This document shows, piece by piece, positions 61,741 to 64,000 of a DNA stretch of 64,000 nucleotides. Each line of letters opens with the position of its first letter. Position 1 is the first letter of the stretch. Location: the NCBI GenBank assembly GCA_977016875.1, contig CDRNST010000083.1, positions 744,001 to 808,000 of the forward strand, read 5' to 3'. The position numbers and the translations under genes were made by a program. This DNA comes from Pavona decussata (Eukaryota). The notes under the pieces are model-generated. The model did no database searches and was not told the origin of the DNA. It saw nothing but the letters and a program-made list of their open reading frames with translations.

Positions 61741-64000
61741 AGGGAACCTCCACTCTTAAAGGAAATATCGTTCAAAATGCTCTAAATATATTAAAAGGAA
61801 GATATTTCGTAGAAAAAAAGTATTCTTCTCACCTCAAAAATTTTTTTGGGGGCGTCTAAAGAAGGCCCTCGCGACCGGTTTGAACTTCCCTCGGTCACCA
61901 TCTTGATAGGCGCACGAAGCAGTCCGGGCTTGTGACATAACTTGGTTGCTCGGCTCGGCGATATCAACCCTATGAGCAGAATGCCTCACTGCGTTGCAGT
62001 TGATTGCAATATTCAAGCCAAAAACAAACAAAAAGATCCCAATATTCGGTTCCATGTTTTTCCAAAAGACGAAGAATTACGCCAGGCGTGGATTAATGCT
62101 ATCGGGAGGACATCTCTACCAGCAAATTCGCGTTTATGCTCTAAACATTTCGAAGAACATTGCTTCAATGAGTCTTATCTGATGGAAGTGCGACTGCTTG
62201 GATCAAGCCGTATGTTGAATCTTCTTAAGACAGATGCTGTTCCGACCTTATTTCTCACAGGCCTGCAGTCCCTGTACGCCTTTCAAGCGTAAAACGCGCT
62301 GACAAGTGACAAAGGCTGGAGGTTTGTATTATTTTTTTGCTTACTTTAATAAAGGTTGTTCACCGACCTCGTTAACTGTAATGTTTATTTACAAAAGTCC
62401 TTTGTTATGTTTCTTTGCTCTTTAGACTCTTGCTGCCCTACTGGAAGACAATCCAGGCCCTTCAACTTCTCGGGATGAAAACCAAGTGGCTGTATCGGAG
62501 GGGGAAGATGACGATTTGCCGGAGATGTTGTCAGAGAGTATTTCTCCGACCACGTGCAATGTGGGGACGCAAACGGAGTGGCCAATAGTAACAACTCTGG
62601 TAACAATGGTAGACGATTCAACCCAGTGTGATATGCCAACATCCCGCAACGCACAGTGTCAATTTCCGCGCGATATTTGCGAAGCTGTTCTTGCAGATCA
62701 CACATATTGTGACATGAGAGCACCACAAGTACCAACAGAAGTAGTAGGAACTGTACCAGATCTAGACGTAGTAGAAGACGTGGAAGAAATGGATGATGAT
62801 ATTGCCTCCAGGGTTCTCAACTTGATTTGTTTCCTGACATAAATGAGGATGAACCAAATGAGGAGGAGAATGCTGATGATGAACCAATGGAGGTCATCAT
62901 ATCCCAAGAAATGGTGTCCAGCCAGTCGGAGTATGAGCCCAGTGGAGACGAGTCAGCCTCCCAAGAAGACACCTCTGGATTCGAAGAGCAGACAGTGGAA
63001 TGCAGCTTTGGCAATCAGCGGGTGTTCCTTATTTATGAGCAAAAGGTGAAAGAGCTGTTGCGGTTTTGCCCAAGATGTGGTGCATTAATTGTACCAGAAA
63101 ACATTGAAGAAGTGCAGAATGAAGGCACACAACTCTCACTGAAACTGAACTGTATGAATAACTGCAACTACAAATGGCAGTCACAGCCTACATTGTGGGG
63201 CATTAAAGGTGCAGGAAATCTGCTGTTATCTGCAGGAATTTTCTTCTGTGGTATTCCGTTCTCCAAGTTTGAGTCCTTTTCAAGGCTGATAAACTTGAAG
63301 TGCATTGGAAAAGGAACATACTACAATCTACGAGAAAAATATGTCTTTCCAGTTGTGACAACAACTTGGAAAGAACAGCAAGCAGAGGTTTTTGCTGATT
63401 TAAAGTCAAGGGAAACTGGAGCTGTTTTGGCTGGGGATGGCCGCTGCGACTCTCCAGGCCATTGTGCAAAGTACTGCACCTACACGCTCTCGATGTAGAG
63501 AGTCAAAAGGTGGTGGACTTCAAAATTGTATCAGTATCAGAGGTGGCAAATTCCAATTGCATGGAAAAAAAAGGATTCGTGGACACATTGTCTAATGTTG
63601 AAGCAAATGGCATCAAAGTGGATGTAATATCCACTTATCGACACCCTCAAATCAAAAAGGAAATGAGGGTCAACCATCCCAACATAGATCACCAGTTTGA
63701 TCCCTGGCACGTTGCTAAGTCTGTCGGCAAGAAATTGTCTGCTGCTTCAAAGAAGTCAGGCTGTTCAGACCTGGCACCATGGATCCCATCCATTGTCAAC
63801 CATCTGTGGTGGTCTGAAGAAAGCTGTGGCAAAGATCCAGAGGTGTTGAAAGAGAAGTGGTTGTCGGTCATTCATCATGTGACCAACAGACATGAGTGGC
63901 CAGGGAACAGGCACTTCCACAAGTGTGAACATGGAAGGCTCACGACTGAGCAACAGCGAAGAAAGAAATGGCTAAAGCCTGGAAGTGCTTCCCACACTGC
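61741..64000 (+). mobile_element. Kolobok transposon inserted in the intron of the previous one; runs off the window
   Basis: TTAA|AGGGAACCTCCAC terminus followed by a THAP transposase gene. Confidence 0.75.
61981..64000 (+). pseudogene. THAP-domain Kolobok transposase (intron ~62322-62425; frameshifts)
   Basis: MPHCVAVDC..RFHVFPKD..RQAW..RLCSKHFEEHCF..LKTDAVPTLF; FCPRCG, WQSQP..AGNLLLS, AGDGRCDSPGHCAKYCTY, HQFDPWH and VNHLWW. Confidence 0.9.

Noticed and set aside
61981-62292. Host THAP transcription factors here and at 25358-25700
   Set aside because: Both are N-terminal exons of disrupted transposases next to TTAA-flanked termini.

Overview
This is AT-rich eukaryotic DNA with spliceosomal introns. 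The repeat families suggest an anthozoan such as a stony coral (inference). I find no intact host gene; the window is almost entirely a nested cluster of mostly decayed transposable elements. The centre is a three-level nest with target-site duplications (TSDs) at every level: a PIF/Harbinger element (33131-50510, TSD ATT) holds a decayed BEL/Pao element in the first intron of its Myb/SANT gene (36540-50163, TSD GACAT), and that element holds a young BEL/Pao element with about 98% identical LTRs (37483-45691, TSD AACAC). There are at least four Kolobok-type transposase loci, two of them paired tail-to-tail with a KolX gene related to the P2X7 ballast domain. The window also has a near-intact Sola3-like transposase, AcademX-, AcademH- and Crypton-like relics, L2/CR1 LINE pieces, Deu/Nin-type SINE pieces, tRNA-derived repeats, several MITEs, and three copies of a roughly 2-kb TIR element with CCGTTA arrays. 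Three observations stand out. (1) The young BEL element has no tRNA primer site; it reads CA-GT-AAAATAT..CGCTTCA, partly complementary to the U6 snRNA 3' end. (2) There is a minimal hammerhead ribozyme at 27970-28010 (-). (3) An intronless antisense KolX relic directly abuts the KolX stop codon. Family assignments come from recalled motifs, not database searches.
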